Below are positions 8,748-17,096 of a stretch of DNA of 64,000 nucleotides, piece by piece. Under the pieces are notes generated by a model. It saw only the letters and a list, made by a program, of their open reading frames with translations, searched no databases and had not been told where the DNA came from. The number at the start of each line of letters is the position of its first letter. Within the stretch, counting starts at the first letter, position 1. The stretch spans positions 10,073 to 74,072 of the forward strand of contig JBCCFW010000003.1 in assembly GCA_039029535.1 (NCBI GenBank), read 5' to 3'. The stretch comes from Acidobacteriota bacterium (GTDB lineage Bacteria; Acidobacteriota; JBCCFW01). The position numbers and the translations under genes are program-made.

Positions 8748-11018
8748 TCAGGGAGACTGCGTGACCACCGCCAGGGCGTTGGTCACCGACGACGGCGCGA
8801 AGAAGCCGGGCACCTGCCAGGCGATCTCCGCTGCCACCACCTGACAGCCCGATGGCAACGGGAGGTCCTTGACCAGGCGCCGGTCACCCGGCTTGAGCGG
8901 AGCCCCCACCAGGGAGCCGAGGGGGTACTGCTGCTGCAGGCCGCTCGCACAGGTCAGGGTCAGCACGGGCTGGTCGACTTGCGTGGCGAAGAGCGAGTCG
9001 ATCTCGATGACGAGATCGGCCGTGTCGTTCACGCCGATGGAGGTCGGCACGACCACCGGACAGTCGACACAAGGCACCGCTCCGGGGAATGGGAAGGTGT
9101 AGGGCTCGCCCAGCGCATTGGCGAGGGTCAGCGAGGGATCGGGACAGTCCCCCACCGGCCCGCTGCCGAGCTCGGGGGCCACCAACGCCCCGCAGGCTCC
9201 GAGCTGAGGCGGATCGAAGGCCTCCTCGGCAGACACCTCGGCACAGGGGTCACAGGCCACCCCGTGCTCGCGGAGCTCTTCGATCACTTCCGAGTCCAGC
9301 TCGAGGACCGGGCCGACTCCCGCCGCCCGCCGGATGCACGACACGCTCCCGCCCAGGAACTGCAGCAGGGAGCAGATGTCGATGCGCCGGACCGAGCCCG
9401 CGATGCCCCCGGCGGTCGCCGGCCGACCGAGATCCTCGGAGGCGAGGTAGAGAGCCTCCATGATCTCGTCGTTGGTCGCGGACGGCCGCCGTCCCCGAAG
9501 CAGGGCCGCCGCCGCCGCCGTCACGTAGGTCGACACCGAGCAACCCGTGAGCACGCGGGTGGGGAGTCGCCGACCGGCTTGGTCCACCTCGGGGTTCCCG
9601 TTGACGTCGAGGGTGCCGTCGATGGCGAGCAGGCCGGGCGCCACGAGACGAGGCTCGACGCCGACCAGGGAGTTGAACAGCGGTGCGTCGACTTGATCGA
9701 CCCCACCGACCGCGTGAAGGAGCTGGGTCGTCGTGCCGTCGGGCAGGGTGACCAACTCGCCCTCCCAGCCGCCGGGATACATCGGCCCCGTGGTCGGTGA
9801 CGGACCGTCCTCGGCGTTGCCGATGCCGGCGATCACCAGCGCTCCGCGCCGGACCGCGTGCTCGAGAGACCGCACGACGGCCAGGGCCGGCCCCGGCACG
9901 TCTGCAGCGTGAAGGTCGCCACCGTGGGCTCTGCTGAAGCCCACCGCCAGGCTCACGATGAGGTGCTGCTGGGCATCCGGTCCACCGGCGGCCAGGTCGT
10001 CACGCCAGGTCTCCACCGCGGAGTGGATCGCCCGCGCCAGGTCACGGCGATAGCCGAACTCGCCACCGTCGACGGTGTCCTCGATCAAGTCACCGGTGTC
10101 GTCCCAGTAGAGACTGAGCGCCAGGTGATGGGAGAGATGGCCGACGCAGGGCAAGGTCGGGTCGAGGTCAGCCGGGCAAGTGATCGAGCGGAGCATCCGC
10201 CCGAGGCTTTCTTCGTGACGTCCCCGGCCCCGGATGGGCAGGCCGCCCAGGCCGGGCGTGCTACTCGTCGCATAGCCGGTGGGTGAATCCCCGATGGCGG
10301 CAATGCGCACGTCCTCGTAGCTCAGGCCACCCAAGTCGCTGACGGCACCGACGAGGTCGCGAAACCAGGCTCGCTGCTCCTGCAGCATGATGACAGATGG
10401 GTCGGGGTCAGGCGCCAAGGCCACGACGACCGGCTCGTCGGGATGGAGCCAGGCCGTCGGCGACCGACCGGACTCCGATGGCAGGGTCATCGGGTCGGGC
10501 GTGCCTGCGGCAGGGATCCATCGGTAGAGACAGAAACGGTCGAGCTCATCGTCGTCGGGCGAGAGCGGATCGGTATCGAAGAGCTTGTCGAGCTCCCAGT
10601 CACTACCGACCGCCGGTGAGGGACACGTGCTCCCCCGACGCTCACCGATGTAGACGTCCTTCAGGCGTGACCGCGGGACCACGCGCGGGGCATCCCCAGG
10701 GCGCAGGGGCGTCGGTGCATGCGGGAGGCTGACACCCCCCGACGGAGGCCCGAGCACCGGCTGTCGACCGCCGCCTCCGAGAGAGAGGGACTGCCGTCGT
10801 TCTGACGACCGCAGCCCGTCGCCGAGCTCGGCAGCCGGCCTGGCCACGACCTCGAACGTGTCGAAGAACCCGAAAAGAAACATGAAGAAGCAGCCTGTCG
10901 CCACGCGACGGGCACGAACGGGAAACGAAGGCGTCCCGAGCACCATGCGAACCTCCAGACGGTGAAACAGGACATCACCGTTCAAGTAGTAGTGGGTCCT
11001 CCTCCCCAACCTGACCAT
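8748..11018 (-). CDS. secreted subtilisin-like (S8-like) serine peptidase, paralog of 6069-8180
   Basis: Same motif order as its paralog (AAIGDSPTG, GRGRHEESLG, AGIGNAEDG, TGCSVSTYVTAAAA) and the same Cys-containing C-terminal domain. The true start may be the internal MVLGTPSF (10946). Confidence 0.55.
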   Translation of the reverse strand: MVRLGRRTHYYLNGDVLFHRLEVRMVLGTPSFPVRARRVATGCFFMFLFGFFDTFEVVARPAAELGDGLRSSERRQSLSLGGGGRQPVLGPPSGGVSLPHAPTPLRPGDAPRVVPRSRLKDVYIGERRGSTCPSPAVGSDWELDKLFDTDPLSPDDDELDRFCLYRWIPAAGTPDPMTLPSESGRSPTAWLHPDEPVVVALAPDPDPSVIMLQEQRAWFRDLVGAVSDLGGLSYEDVRIAAIGDSPTGYATSSTPGLGGLPIRGRGRHEESLGRMLRSITCPADLDPTLPCVGHLSHHLALSLYWDDTGDLIEDTVDGGEFGYRRDLARAIHSAVETWRDDLAAGGPDAQQHLIVSLAVGFSRAHGGDLHAADVPGPALAVVRSLEHAVRRGALVIAGIGNAEDGPSPTTGPMYPGGWEGELVTLPDGTTTQLLHAVGGVDQVDAPLFNSLVGVEPRLVAPGLLAIDGTLDVNGNPEVDQAGRRLPTRVLTGCSVSTYVTAAAAALLRGRRPSATNDEIMEALYLASEDLGRPATAGGIAGSVRRIDICSLLQFLGGSVSCIRRAAGVGPVLELDSEVIEELREHGVACDPCAEVSAEEAFDPPQLGACGALVAPELGSGPVGDCPDPSLTLANALGEPYTFPFPGAVPCVDCPVVVPTSIGVNDTADLVIEIDSLFATQVDQPVLTLTCASGLQQQYPLGSLVGAPLKPGDRRLVKDLPLPSGCQVVAAEIAWQVPGFFAPSSVTNALAVVTQSP

Positions 11019-11048
11019 CTAACGCTGAAATCCTGAATTTCCCTGCCC

Positions 11049-13823
11049 TCAGCGGACAAGACACCGAAATGCCGCGGCGTCCCCGCCGGCCTGGTCGGCC
11101 AGGGCGGCCCGTTGGGCGCGCCGCAGGGACTCGGCCAGGGGCAGCGTCGAGTCGCGATGCAGCTCCTCGGCGAGCAGGCGGGTCGCCCGATCGTCGACGG
11201 GTCGGGTCGAGGCGATGACCTCCTCCGCCCCCGCCAGCAGGAAGGCGTGGGCGAGGCTCACCGCTCGACCGCTGGCGGTGTCACAGCCCATCAGGAACAC
11301 CCGTCGGGGCACCTGCGGGAGGAGCAGCACGTCACCGACCTCCAGACGACCATCGGCGAGCTCGAGGGCGCCCTCGAAGCCGTCGGCCCCCGCCAACTCA
11401 CCGTGCCCGGCGACGTGGACCAGGTCGGTGCGAGCCAGCTCGGCGAGAACGCCGCCGCGGGTCGCGGCCCGACCATCGAGTCGCCGAAAGCGTCGCCCCT
11501 GCTCTCGCCATCGGGCCTCGACCTGATCCCCCTCGGCCCGGGCCTGACCCAGTCGACCACTGGGGTCGACGATGAGCAGGGCCGGCGACGTCGAATCGAC
11601 CTCCCGACGCTCCGTCTTCGGCAACCCCAGGCCAAAACGCACGATGACGTGCTCGAGGAGGGGCACCCCGTCGAGGGGAAGCCGATGCCAATCGACGCCG
11701 GCCAGGGCCGGGCTCGATCGGATCTCCACCGTGCGTGCCGCGACGATCGCCTCACGACACGGCTCCAGCAACACGGCCGCCTGACGCTCGGGTGGATCGT
11801 CGGCCTCCAGCCGAGCCACGGGGTGAGCGACGACCCCGTCCGTGGTGGCCGCGAACAGCAGCCCTCCATCGGGGAGCCGATGGTGAAGGAGGATCAGCTC
11901 TCCAGGCCTCGGCGGCCGCGGTGCCACCGGCGGGGGCTCCGTCGTCGCGAGCCGTTGCACGGCCTGGTCGAGGAGCTCCCGGAGCTGCGCTCCCTGCTCG
12001 ACCCACCGCTGCCGCTCGAGCTCGAGTCGGTTCCGCGGCCACTGCCACGACTCGGCTCGCTCGCGTTCGGCCAGCGCCCGCGCTTCTTGGTAGGCCTTCA
12101 CCGCCGCCTGCGCTGCTTCATCCTCGGTCCGCGCCTCGACCAGTGGCAGCTGGCGCAGCCACCGCGAGTGGGAGAGCTGGGCTTGCCGGAAGGCCTCGTC
12201 GACCCGTCCCTCACGCACGAGCAGGTCCACCTCCCGACCGGCCCGCAGCTCACGCACGCGGTGGAAGGTGTCGCGTCCCTCGCCGACCGGCACGGCGAGG
12301 CTCGCCTCGTCGAGCCGCGAGCGCGCGGCTCGGTAGTGCTCCAGGGCCTCGGTGACCCGACCGGCCTCCGCCGCCACCTCGGCCTGGCCCATCCACGCAC
12401 GCCAAGCATGGTCGGGTAGGGCGAGGGCCTCGGCCAGCTCCTGAAGATCGGCGAAGAGCAAGGCCGCCTCGTCGAGACGCCCCTGCGCCAGTCGCAGCCG
12501 GCCCCACAGGTCGCGGGCTGCGAGCTCGTTGCCGAAGCGGAGCGAGCCCGCCGTCACGAGTCGCTCGAGCACCGACTCACACTCCGCGGGACGTCCTTCG
12601 AGGAGAGCTGCGAAGGCCTGGTCGATCTCGAGGCTCACCTGCAGGTCCTCGCGCTCGCCGTGTGCGCGATAGACCCGTCGTGCTTCTTCCAGGAGTCGGG
12701 TCGGCTCGGGAGTGCCGTCAGGGGGCGACTGTCCCGTCTCACGCCGGAGCATCAAGGTCAGGGCCAGCTCGTGCGCGGCCCAGGCCCCCGTCAGCTCCTG
12801 CCTCTTGGTCGCGACTTCGGGTGGTGAGGGCACCGAGGCACGGAGGCTGGTCAGGAGCTCGATCGCCTCGTCGAGACGGCCGACACGTTGCAACGCCCGC
12901 GCCTGAAGCTGCGTGACGGCCAGGTGGACCACTTTCTCGTCGATGCGCTCGGTTCGGCGCAAGAGCTCGCGCGCCCGGCGCAAGAGCTCGCGCTCCCGGC
13001 CTCGTTCCTCGACCTCGGTCAGGGCCCCGTACTCCAGTCGAAGGAGCCCTTCCGCGTCGACGGCGGGAAGCGCCCGACCCCGTTCCCGCCAGGTCGCAAC
13101 GACTGTCGCGTCATGGAGGGAGTATTGGTGAAGGCTGACCTGCGAACGCACGACCTCCAGCGCTCCCGACCAACGCTTCGCCCGAACCAGCTCGTCGTGC
13201 GCCCGCGTGAACGCGCGCTCGGCTGCAGCGAAGTCCCCGGTTCCCCAGCGCTTCCGACCCAGCAGGTGCCGGACACGGCCGCGCTCCCCGGCGAAGGCTT
13301 CCGGCTCGTCACTCTCCAGGAGAGCCGCGACCTGATCGAGCTCGGCCACCACCATCTCCATGGGTTGGTCGGACGCCGCGCGAAAGTGCTCCTTCGCCCG
13401 GTCTTCCAGGGGAGAGGCCGGCCGCGCAGCAATCTTCATGACAAAGCGACTGTTCCCCTCACTCCCCACGACCTCCAGCCGGCTCGCCTTCGGGGAGACG
13501 ACCGTGCGCCACTGCCAGCCTCCGGCGATCGGCCGCGGCTGAAACGGCACGTCCACGCCATCGACGCGCAGGAGCGACGGTGGGCCGTCGCCGGGAGCCC
13601 AGAAGATGATCTCTTGGTCCGAGGTCATGCTGGACAGCTCGCAGGTCGGTCCCTCGAGCACCGCGTGACAGCCACGATGCTCGACGCTCAGGGGTTCTGC
13701 GACCGGTGGCGCAGGGGGAGCCGGGGCCGGCGGGCCACAGGCCACCAACGTCCAGGCGACGCCGACGACGATGAGCCGTCGCCGCACGTCTCCACTCACC
13801 CGTGAGTCGTCCCGAGAGTCCAA
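11049..13823 (-). CDS. TPR-repeat CHAT-domain (caspase-like) protease, probable lipoprotein
   Basis: The N-terminal VAWTLVAC resembles a lipobox. The long helical TPR-like middle is followed by a C-terminal CHAT His/Cys dyad context (LVHVAGHGEL ... VFLMGCDTASG). Confidence 0.8.
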   Translation of the reverse strand: MDSRDDSRVSGDVRRRLIVVGVAWTLVACGPPAPAPPAPPVAEPLSVEHRGCHAVLEGPTCELSSMTSDQEIIFWAPGDGPPSLLRVDGVDVPFQPRPIAGGWQWRTVVSPKASRLEVVGSEGNSRFVMKIAARPASPLEDRAKEHFRAASDQPMEMVVAELDQVAALLESDEPEAFAGERGRVRHLLGRKRWGTGDFAAAERAFTRAHDELVRAKRWSGALEVVRSQVSLHQYSLHDATVVATWRERGRALPAVDAEGLLRLEYGALTEVEERGRERELLRRARELLRRTERIDEKVVHLAVTQLQARALQRVGRLDEAIELLTSLRASVPSPPEVATKRQELTGAWAAHELALTLMLRRETGQSPPDGTPEPTRLLEEARRVYRAHGEREDLQVSLEIDQAFAALLEGRPAECESVLERLVTAGSLRFGNELAARDLWGRLRLAQGRLDEAALLFADLQELAEALALPDHAWRAWMGQAEVAAEAGRVTEALEHYRAARSRLDEASLAVPVGEGRDTFHRVRELRAGREVDLLVREGRVDEAFRQAQLSHSRWLRQLPLVEARTEDEAAQAAVKAYQEARALAERERAESWQWPRNRLELERQRWVEQGAQLRELLDQAVQRLATTEPPPVAPRPPRPGELILLHHRLPDGGLLFAATTDGVVAHPVARLEADDPPERQAAVLLEPCREAIVAARTVEIRSSPALAGVDWHRLPLDGVPLLEHVIVRFGLGLPKTERREVDSTSPALLIVDPSGRLGQARAEGDQVEARWREQGRRFRRLDGRAATRGGVLAELARTDLVHVAGHGELAGADGFEGALELADGRLEVGDVLLLPQVPRRVFLMGCDTASGRAVSLAHAFLLAGAEEVIASTRPVDDRATRLLAEELHRDSTLPLAESLRRAQRAALADQAGGDAAAFRCLVR

Positions 13824-13835
13824 GGTGGTGCGCCG

Positions 13836-14759
13836 CTAGCGGATCGGGGGCTCCACTCGGGCCGGCGGACCGCGCAGGAGAAGCCAGCCGTCTCCCTCGT
13901 GCACGCTGCCCGGCCTCGTTCTTGCGGTCACCTCGTCGAGCTCGGGCGAGGACGGCTCGGCACCCGGAAGCGCCACCACCGCCACGATGTCGAGAGGTCC
14001 TTCGGTCAGACCGAGCTCGCTGACTCCTCCCTTCAGCTTCACGGCGCCCGACGCTGCGCGCTGGGGTGTCACGTCCCACTGTCGCAAGCCGGCGTCGGTT
14101 CGCAGGTAGAAGGTCACCGTGCTGCCGGGGGCCTCGTCAGGCGGCATGATCACGAGCTCGAGCTGACCATCGGTGCGGTGCACCAGGAGATCGGCGGGCT
14201 GTTCCGAGCCTCGGCGTGCGAGCTCTCCCGTGTTGAGGAGCAGTTGATGGCCCCGGAGGCTCGGCATCGAACCGGGCGTGCGCGAGTCCTGCCAAGCCTG
14301 GTATCCCACCACCGCCACCAGGAGCGCGGCGGCCAGTCCACTGCCGATCCACGGCAGCCGACGCGCGCGCGATGACGGCGGGACGAGGGGGACCACCGAG
14401 TCCGGAGCGGAGACATCCTCGACGTGGTCGGAGAGATCGTCGGCGTCGTCGGACCGGTCGTCCGAGTCGCCCGAGAGGTCGTCCTCGAGAGGGAGAGACT
14501 CCTCCCCCTCGGCCGACTCGCGCAGGGCCGCCCGCGCTCGGCCGAGAAGCTCCCGTCGCCGCGACTCCCCGCGCGGCTGCAGGGCCTCGAGCGCCGCGGC
14601 GAGTCGTGCATCGCCCTCCGCCTCACGACGAAGCGCCGCGAGCTCGGGCTCGTCGAGCTCTCCGGCCGCCAGCTTCTCGAAGCGGGAGTCGATCGGACCG
14701 GAGGCCGACTGGTCGGAAGCCAGACGGGCCAGCTCTCGCATCAGGTCGTTCTCCTTCAT
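13836..14759 (-). CDS. putative anti-sigma factor (single-pass membrane protein)
   Basis: Overlaps the sigma gene stop by 4 nt. Short cytoplasmic N-terminus, acidic linker, one TM (LPWIGSGLAAALLVAVVGY) and an extracytoplasmic domain. Confidence 0.5.
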   Translation of the reverse strand: MKENDLMRELARLASDQSASGPIDSRFEKLAAGELDEPELAALRREAEGDARLAAALEALQPRGESRRRELLGRARAALRESAEGEESLPLEDDLSGDSDDRSDDADDLSDHVEDVSAPDSVVPLVPPSSRARRLPWIGSGLAAALLVAVVGYQAWQDSRTPGSMPSLRGHQLLLNTGELARRGSEQPADLLVHRTDGQLELVIMPPDEAPGSTVTFYLRTDAGLRQWDVTPQRAASGAVKLKGGVSELGLTEGPLDIVAVVALPGAEPSSPELDEVTARTRPGSVHEGDGWLLLRGPPARVEPPIR

Positions 14760-15421
14760 GGGTTGCTCTCGGTCTCTGGTCGGGAAGGACTACTCCCGGT
14801 GTCGTCGGAGACTGACATGAAATCTCCGGCCAGCTCGCGAACGGTGCGTCGCAGGCGGCTCCGCCAGGCGTGCACGGCGTTGGGCTTCATCGAAAGATCG
14901 GAGCAGACCTGGCTGACCTCCTGCTCCTCGACGAAGAGCCTCCGAAACAGCTCGAGACCGGTGGGGCTCAGCCGCTGGCGGAGCTGGTCGAGGAGGTCGG
15001 CGAGAAGCTCGCTCGCCTCGACTTCCTGCTCGGCCGAGGGCGCTCGGCTGACCTCCGCATCCAGTCGCTCGGGGGCGAGGCTCTCGTCCGACCAGGGGCT
15101 GCGTCGGCCGCTCTGGAGACAGGCCGAGGTCTCCCGTTCGGCGATGAGCCCGACGAAGTTGAGCAGCGACAGCCCTCGGTCGGGATCCCAGGCCCGCAGC
15201 ACCCGCGCCTCGTTTCGAAACAGGCGGAGGAGGATCTCCTGGGACAGGTCGTCGACCTCCTGGGAGACGTCACGACCGGCGTGCGGTCGTCGATAGAGAA
15301 GCACCCGGGTCACGCGCACCCGGATCACCGGATCGATGCGCGTCACCAGGTCGTCGAGCGCTCCTGCCTCGCCGGCCAACGCCTGCTCGAGGAGATCTCG
15401 GTCGGATCGTCCCTCACTCAT
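14756..15421 (-). CDS. ECF-type RNA polymerase sigma-70 factor
   Basis: Start set at MSEGRSDRDLLEQALAG (ATG 15419-15421). Region 2 (DDLSQEILLRLF) and region 4 HTH (EEQEVSQVCSDLSMKPNAVHAWRSRLRR) are recognisable. Confidence 0.8.
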   Translation of the reverse strand: MSEGRSDRDLLEQALAGEAGALDDLVTRIDPVIRVRVTRVLLYRRPHAGRDVSQEVDDLSQEILLRLFRNEARVLRAWDPDRGLSLLNFVGLIAERETSACLQSGRRSPWSDESLAPERLDAEVSRAPSAEQEVEASELLADLLDQLRQRLSPTGLELFRRLFVEEQEVSQVCSDLSMKPNAVHAWRSRLRRTVRELAGDFMSVSDDTGSSPSRPETESNP

Positions 15422-15560
15422 TCCCTGCAAGCCCCCAGTCCCCTCCAGAGGACACGACCCGTGCAGGAGAAGGTCGCCGCTCCATCCTAGCCTTTCAACG
15501 TCAGCCGGGCACCCGTGGTCGGTCTTCCGGCCGGCCAGCGTCGGATGCGAGGATCCATGC

Positions 15561-16124
15561 ATGGCAACGCTGGGTCCTCGGTTCTTCGCACGCAACACCC
15601 TCGAGGTTGCACGCGACCTGCTCGGGTGCCGGCTCGAGCTCGGCGGCTGCGCGGGTGTCATCGTCGAGACCGAGGCTTACCGCGACGACGCGGCCTCCCA
15701 CTGGGTCACCCGACCCAACACCGCCCGCATCATGGGCGAGAGCCACGGCCTCGTTTACATCTACTCGATCTACGGGATGCACCGCTGCCTGAACTTCACC
15801 AGCGACGCCGAACGACCTGGCGCCGTGCTCCTCCGCGCACTCGAGCCAGTGAGCGGGCTCGATCTCATGCGCGAGCGCCGCGGGGTGAAGGACGACCGCG
15901 CGCTGCTCAGCGGTCCCGGCAAGCTCGTGCAGGCGCTGGCGGTGCCCGACGACGCCCAGGCCCAGCCGGTCACGGAGGTCTTCCGGCTCGAGCGCCCCCG
16001 ACGACGACCCTCGATCGTGACCGGCCCTCGCATCGGCATCTCGAAGGCAACGGAGCTCCCTTGGCGCTTCGGGATCGCAGGGAGCCGCTGGCTGTCACGG
16101 CCGTTCCCGAAGACGACCGGCTGA
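15561..16124 (+). CDS. mpg: DNA-3-methyladenine glycosylase (MPG/AAG family)
   Basis: FFARNTLEVARDLLGCRL, IVETEAYRDDAASH and YIYSIYGMHRCLN motifs. ATG at 15561. Confidence 0.85.
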   Translation: MATLGPRFFARNTLEVARDLLGCRLELGGCAGVIVETEAYRDDAASHWVTRPNTARIMGESHGLVYIYSIYGMHRCLNFTSDAERPGAVLLRALEPVSGLDLMRERRGVKDDRALLSGPGKLVQALAVPDDAQAQPVTEVFRLERPRRRPSIVTGPRIGISKATELPWRFGIAGSRWLSRPFPKTTG

Positions 16125-16127
16125 GGC

Positions 16128-16664
16128 TCAATCGCCGAGCGCGAAGGACTCCTCGACTCGGTGGTGGGCTCCCTCCGGTCGAAGGACGCTGGAGTAGAGC
16201 CGAAACTCGTCGACGGTGAACGGCTCGATGCCGAACAGCGAGTGCTCCTGAAGCCAAGGCACGAGGGTCTTCGCGCGGGTCCCGTTGAAGCGGGCGACGG
16301 TGAGGTGCGGGTGGAACTTGCGTCGCTCGCGGGGCACGCCGGCCCGCTCGATCGCACGGTCCACCGAGCGCTGCAGGGCGTCGAGCTCCTCGCTGCGCTC
16401 GACCCCCGCCCAGGCCACGCGCGGCTGGCCACGGCCGGGGAAGAGTCCGACCCCCTTGACGGTCAGCTCGAGGGGCGCGAGATCGATCTCGGAGAGGGCG
16501 CCGATGAGGTCGCCCAGCTCGTGCTCGGGTCGCTCGCCGAGGAAGCGGAGGGTCAGGTGGACCTGCTCCTCGGGCACGCAGCTGCCCTCGCGGAGGTCGT
16601 TGCCGAGCCAGGAGACTTCGGACTGGACGTCCTCGGGCATGGGGAGGGCGACGAAGAGGCGCAT
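16128..16664 (-). CDS. thpR: RNA 2',3'-cyclic phosphodiesterase (2H phosphoesterase, ThpR/LigT)
   Basis: Two HxT/S motifs (VHLTLRFLG and HPHLTVARF). Start at MRLFVALP (16662-16664). The upstream part of the 317-aa ORF is antisense noise. Confidence 0.8.
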   Translation of the reverse strand: MRLFVALPMPEDVQSEVSWLGNDLREGSCVPEEQVHLTLRFLGERPEHELGDLIGALSEIDLAPLELTVKGVGLFPGRGQPRVAWAGVERSEELDALQRSVDRAIERAGVPRERRKFHPHLTVARFNGTRAKTLVPWLQEHSLFGIEPFTVDEFRLYSSVLRPEGAHHRVEESFALGD

Positions 16665-16763
16665 GGTCGTGTTCGTGGACGGGGGCCGGAAGGTCACGCC
16701 GAGACGAATCGGGCGAGGCCGGCGTGTACCATTCTTCGGCGATCCGAAGTCAGGAGCCCTGCC

Positions 16764-17096
16764 GTGGACGGATACTACAAGCCCGAGCACCTCACCGAGT
16801 TCTCCTCCATCTCCGAGGGGGCTCCCGAGCTCGCCGCCAAGTTCTTCGAGTGGTACGGATCGGTCTTTGCCGAGGGAGCCCTCTCGGTCAAGGAGAAGAC
16901 CCTCATCGCCCTCGCGGTCGCCCATGCCACGCAGTGCCCGTACTGCATCGAGGCCTACTCGAAGAAGGCGCTCGAGACCGGGAGTGACCTCGAGCAGATG
17001 ACCGAGGCCGTTCACGTCGCGGCGGCCATCAAGGGTGGTGCGGCCTTGGTGCACGGCATGCAGATGAAGGACCACGCCCACGGAGTCATGATGTGA
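16764..17096 (+). CDS. arsenosugar biosynthesis-associated peroxidase-like protein (carboxymuconolactone decarboxylase/AhpD-like)
   Basis: YYKPEHLTEFSSISEGAPELAAKFFEWYG and the AVAHATQCPYCIEAY CxxC motif. GTG at 16764 follows an AGGAG. Overlaps the arsS start by 4 nt. Confidence 0.7.
   Translation: MDGYYKPEHLTEFSSISEGAPELAAKFFEWYGSVFAEGALSVKEKTLIALAVAHATQCPYCIEAYSKKALETGSDLEQMTEAVHVAAAIKGGAALVHGMQMKDHAHGVMM

Noticed and set aside
15422-15560. Search for an autoregulated ECF promoter (GGAAC-N16/17-CGT type) in the divergent intergenic region between the sigma gene and mpg.
   Set aside because: I saw no convincing -35/-10 pair by eye, so I did not annotate one. It would need a motif derived from the ECF group or a mapped TSS.
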